A DNA stretch of 63,418 bases, counting the filler. It is 7 parts of 7 records of this genome, joined end to end, with 100 filler letters (N's around TTAATTAATTAA, not from the genome) between each part and the next. Parts side by side here need not be neighbours in the genome. Positions count along the whole stretch, not along the records: positions 58,379 to 63,418 come from DRR723986_16196; 6 more parts are not named here. One strand, given 5' to 3'. The notes under the pieces are model-generated. The model saw nothing but the letters and a program-made list of their open reading frames with translations. It did not search any database and had not been told where the DNA came from. How positions within the stretch are numbered: the stretch's first letter is position 1; the number at the start of each line of letters is the position of its first letter. Positions 59,562 through 63,418 of the stretch are shown here, piece after piece. The translations under genes were made by a program, and so were the position numbers.

Positions 59562-59881
59562 GGCTTGCGCTGTGGCACGGTGTGTGTTGGGGGCCGTGTG
59601 TTGCCTTTCGTTTGTTTGCCATCGTCCGATCCCATCCCCCCAAAAAACACTGGCCAAACAAAGTGGTGGGTGGTGAGTGCCTGCGTGTTCGTTTCCTCCC
59701 AAAAGAAAAGGGCGTGCGGGTTGGGAGGGAAAGCGAGGGTCAGGGGCCGCAACACAACGACAAGCCAAGCATCGAGAAGGGGGGACAAAGGGGGGCAAGG
59801 GCAAGAAGCGCGCGCACGTGTGCGGTCGGGTGTCACAAACAAACACGCGCATCCCACACCATCGCCACGGCAGGAGCCAGC

Positions 59882-62800
59882 TCACATCTCCACGCGGAAG
59901 ACAGCGGCGGCGCCCATGCCGGTTCCGATGCACATGGAGACCACGCCACGGCCGCCGCCACGACGCGCCAGCTCGTGGATGATGTCCACGGTCATGCGGC
60001 AGCCCGTCATGCCCAGCGGGTGCCCAATGGCGATGGCCCCGCCGTTGGGGTTGACGCGCTCCTTGGGCAGGTCCAGCTTCTCAACGCAGTACACGGCCTG
60101 CGACGCGAACGCCTCGTTGATCTCGTACACGTCAATGTCGTTGACGGACAGCCCGGCCATGTCCAGCGCCGCGGGGATCGCAAACGCGGGGCCAATGCCC
60201 ATCTGCGAACGGAACCGCCGACAAGCGGGAAGGTCGGGATGTGGAACAATAAAAGATAAGGGAGGGGGGGTGGGGTGTGCTCACGATGGCAGGGTCGAGG
60301 CCGCGGACCGCGTACGCCTCGAGAACGGCAAGGGGCTTGAGGCCCAGCATCTGCGCCTTGCCGCGCGTCATCACGATCACGCACGCAGCACCGTCCGAGG
60401 TCTGCGACGCGTTGCCTGCGGTGGTGGAGCCGTCCTTCTTGAACGCGGGCCTGTGTGCGGGTGTGTGGGGGGGGAGAGGGAAGAGGGAGGGGGCAAACGC
60501 GCTTGAGCCAACCCGCTCAACAAAAAAAAGACGAAAAGAAATGGTTGTGATCCGACGCACTTGAGCGAGTTCAGGCCCTCGAAGGTGGTGCCCACGCGCA
60601 CGCCCTCGTCCATCTTGACGACGACCGACTCCAGCTCCTTGGAGGCGGGGTTGATCTTCTTGGTGTGCACGGGGACGATGTGGTTGAGCTTGCCGGCCTT
60701 GATGGCGGCCTCGGCCTTGGCGTGCGACTCCACTGCGAACCTGTCCTGCTTCTCCCTGCTGATGCCAAACTTGGCGGCAACGTTCTCGGACGTGATGCCC
60801 ATGGGGATGTAGCACGACGCCACGGAGGGGTCGCGCAGGACGCTGGGGTTGGGCTTGAAGTCCTTGGGCGCCATTTGGTTGAGCGACATGCTCTCGGCAC
60901 CGCAGGCCATGCCCACGTCGTAGAGGCCGGCGCGGATGGCGGCGGCCACGTCCACGATGGCCTGAAGGCCGGACGAGCACTGGCGGTTGATGGTGCGCAC
61001 GGGCACGGTGTTGGGCATGCCGGCCATCAGCATGGCCGTGCGGGCCTGCGTGGCGCCCATGGACCCCAGCACGGTGCCCACCACCACGTCGCCCACGGTC
61101 GCGGGGTCGAGCCCCTTGGCGTCGTCCAGCGCCTTGCGCATCACCACCTTGAGGAGGTCGTCGATGGGCGTGTTGTTGAACCCGCCCTTGCGCGAGCGCG
61201 CGATGGCCGTGCGGGCGGCGGCCACGATGACAATGTCGTCGTCGCGGGGGGCCGGGGGCCTCGGGGCGCTGACGCGCTCGCCCTTGGCCGCGCACGCCTG
61301 CAGCAGCGGCGACGGCTTGAACAGGTCGTGGCCGAACAGCGAGCGGTAGTGCTCGAGCCGGTCGTGGATGTAGCGCGCGCCCAGGTGGTCGGCCCAGTGC
61401 AGCGGCCCGCCGAGGTGCGCGGGGAACCCCATGCCAAACACCGACGCAATGTCCAGGTCGCTGGCCTTCTCGATGAAGCCCTCGTCGAGGATGCGGCACG
61501 CCTCGTTGATGACGGGGAAGAAGATCACCTCCACCAGCTCCTTGTCGGAGAGGCGGACGTCCTTGAGCCCGCGCTCGCGCCTGCCCTCGGCGATCTTGCC
61601 CGCCACGAACGCGTCGCGCTCCTCCTTGCGCGACCCCTTGGGGTAGGCGTAGAAGCCCTTGCCCGTCTTCTCGCCGAAGCGCTGGTCGGCGGCCATAAAG
61701 TCGAACAGGTCGGTCTTGTACGTGCGGTCGCCAAAGTGCTCGTGGTACTGCTCGGACACGAACGCGCCCACGTCGTTGCCCACCAGGTCGCCGAGGCGGT
61801 ACGGGCCCATGGGCATGCCAAACTGCTTGATCACGCGGTCCACGTGGTACAGGTCCGCCCCGTGCGCCACCGCCATGCGCGCGGCCATCGAGTAGGGGAA
61901 GAACGTGCGGTTGACGGCGAACCCGGGGCAGTTGCCCACCACCACGGGCGTCTTCTTGATCTGCGCCGCGAGCCCCAGCAGGTCGGCCACCACCTGCGCG
62001 CTGGTGGACCCGCCCACCACGATCTCCAGCAACGGCATGATGTGCGCGGGGCTGAAGAAGTGCGCGCCGACCACGCGCGACTGCGCCTTGGTCTTCTGCG
62101 CGATCAGGTCGACGTTGATGGTGGACGTGTTGGTGGCCAGGATGCACTGCGGCGAGCACGCGCGCTCCAGCTCCACGAACACCTGCTGCTTCAGGCTGAC
62201 CTTCTCGATCACGGCCTCGATGACGAGGTCGACGGTGGCGAACTGGTCGTACGTCAGCACGGGCACGAGGCGCGACAGCGTCTGGTCCATCTGCGCCTGC
62301 GTCATGCGGCCCTTCTTGACGCGGCTGGCCAGGTTGCTGCGCACGCGCCCCACGCCGGCGTCCAGGAACTGCTGGCTGACCTCCTTGAGCACCACCTTGA
62401 TGCCGGCCAGCAGCAGCGCCGTGGCGATGCCCGACCCCATCAGCCCGCCGCCCACCACGGCCGCCGTGGCGATCTTGCGCGGCTTGAGGCTCTTGGCCGC
62501 CTTGACCTTGGCCGTGGCGCGCTGCGACAGGAACAGGTGGATCAGCGCCTTGGACACGGGGCCCTTGGCCAGCTTGGCGAACTCGGCCGCCTCCGTCTTG
62601 CGCCCCTTCTCCCCGTGCAGCGCCCCGTCCGCGATGGCCCGCAGCGCGGCGTGCGCCTGCGGCATGTGCGGCGACTGCTTGGTGGCCATCTTGCCCGCCA
62701 TGCTGACCACCTGGTTGATCATCATCGAGTTCTCCAGCTTGTCCGTCTTCTTCAGCGCGTAGTGGCGCGCCTCCGCCCCCGACGCGATCTGCTGCGCCAG

Positions 62801-63350
62801 CGCGATGGACGCCTCCATCAGCTTTGCCGCCTCCACCTTCTTGTCCACGATGCCGAGCTTCACGGCCTTGTCCACGCTGAACGTTTGGGATTGCTGTTTC
62901 GTGCGGAAGCCAAAAAAAGGGAGGTCAACCATCAACAACGCCAATGGGGCACAGCACAAACTAAAACGCACCAGGATCGCGCGGGTGGCGGTCTGCACGC
63001 CGACAAGGCGAGGGAGGCGCTGCGTGCCTGTTGAAGACAATTCCCCCCACCCCCTCCGAATCGTGTGAGCACTTCTTTGAAAGGCGACGCAATCGCACAG
63101 CGCGCGCGACAACTCACCGCCAAGGCCAGGGAGGAGGCCGAGCTGGAGCTCAGGCAGGCCCACCTTGGTCGCGGGAGTGCCGACGCGGTGGCTGCACATC
63201 TGCAAAAGGGACCATTGCGCGCGGAAGCGTGCTTGAGGGACTTGGCTCGCTTTGGTTGTAGGGGTTGGATTGTTTTGCTCACCATGGCAAACTCCAGCCC
63301 TCCGCCAAGCGCCACGCCGTTGATTGCGGCCACCCACGGCTTGGGCCCGT
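59882..63350 (-). CDS. Eukaryotic fused enoyl-CoA hydratase / 3-hydroxyacyl-CoA dehydrogenase / 3-ketoacyl-CoA thiolase (5' end outside window); exons 63283-63350, 63118-63199, 62972-63027, 60561-62893, 60285-60450, 59882-60202
   Basis: Five phase-consistent GT-AG introns of 78-110 nt. Hydratase motifs ALGGGLE and PELQLGLLPGLGGTQRLPRL. Dehydrogenase motifs GGGLMGSGIA, NTSTI and HFFSPAH. Thiolase motifs NRQCSSG, NEAFA, GHPLG and MCIGTGMG. Confidence 0.9.
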
Positions 63351-63418
63351 CTGAGAGAGGGGCAACATGAGACAACACAAAAGCAGGAAAGGGAGGGAAG
63401 GGAGGGAAGGGAGGGAAG

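Noticed and set aside
60665-63034. 789-aa plus-strand and 675-aa alternative-frame ORFs
   Set aside because: Shadows of the GC3-rich eukaryotic beta-oxidation gene.
60377-63337. 986-aa ORF taken as a complete unspliced protein
   Set aside because: Its N- and C-terminal parts read through introns; the spliced model restores the conserved motifs.
63389-63418. (GGGAGGGAA)n microsatellite at the window end
   Set aside because: Intronic polypyrimidine tract on the minus strand; ordinary.

Overview
This window is not one locus. It is seven unrelated fragments joined by six 100-nt artificial linkers (N-run + TTAATTAATTAA + N-run), so adjacency across a linker means nothing. (1) 1-9822, high-GC Rhodobacteraceae-like: acuI, DinB-family gene, a large beta-propeller/vWA/RTX protein, an SDR, a TRAP transporter and psd. 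(2) 9923-15074, alphaproteobacterial housekeeping: parE, cytochrome c, PaaI thioesterase, DMT, lolD/lolC-E, proS. (3) 15175-30365, an erythritol catabolic locus: eryABCD, an ABC transporter, four regulators and a locus-embedded transketolase. (4) 30466-40806: ffh, azoR/LysR/DMT, the F0 ATP synthase operon, mipZ and pckA. (5) 40907-51110, accessory DNA: an IS3 remnant fused to a decapitated ABC/SMC-type ATPase, then a complete ~9 kb island at a tRNA (probably Phe) 3' end. The island has att repeats, arm sites, a P4-like integrase, a serine recombinase with a 12-2-12 site, a TerY-PP2C-kinase triad, a DUF4236 gene, and a 1.5 kb non-coding block holding a ~313-bp dyad-symmetric iteron array, but no replication, mobilisation or capsid gene. 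(6) 51211-58278, a moderate-GC bacterium: histidine kinase, VanX-type dipeptidase, Na+:solute symporter and a large PIG-L deacetylase. (7) 58379-63418, intron-containing eukaryotic DNA: an LRR gene and a gene fusing enoyl-CoA hydratase, 3-hydroxyacyl-CoA dehydrogenase and thiolase in one polypeptide. The best novelty candidates are the rep-less island with an orphan origin-like array and defence cargo, and the single-chain trifunctional beta-oxidation enzyme. All family calls come from motif recognition by eye; no searches were run.
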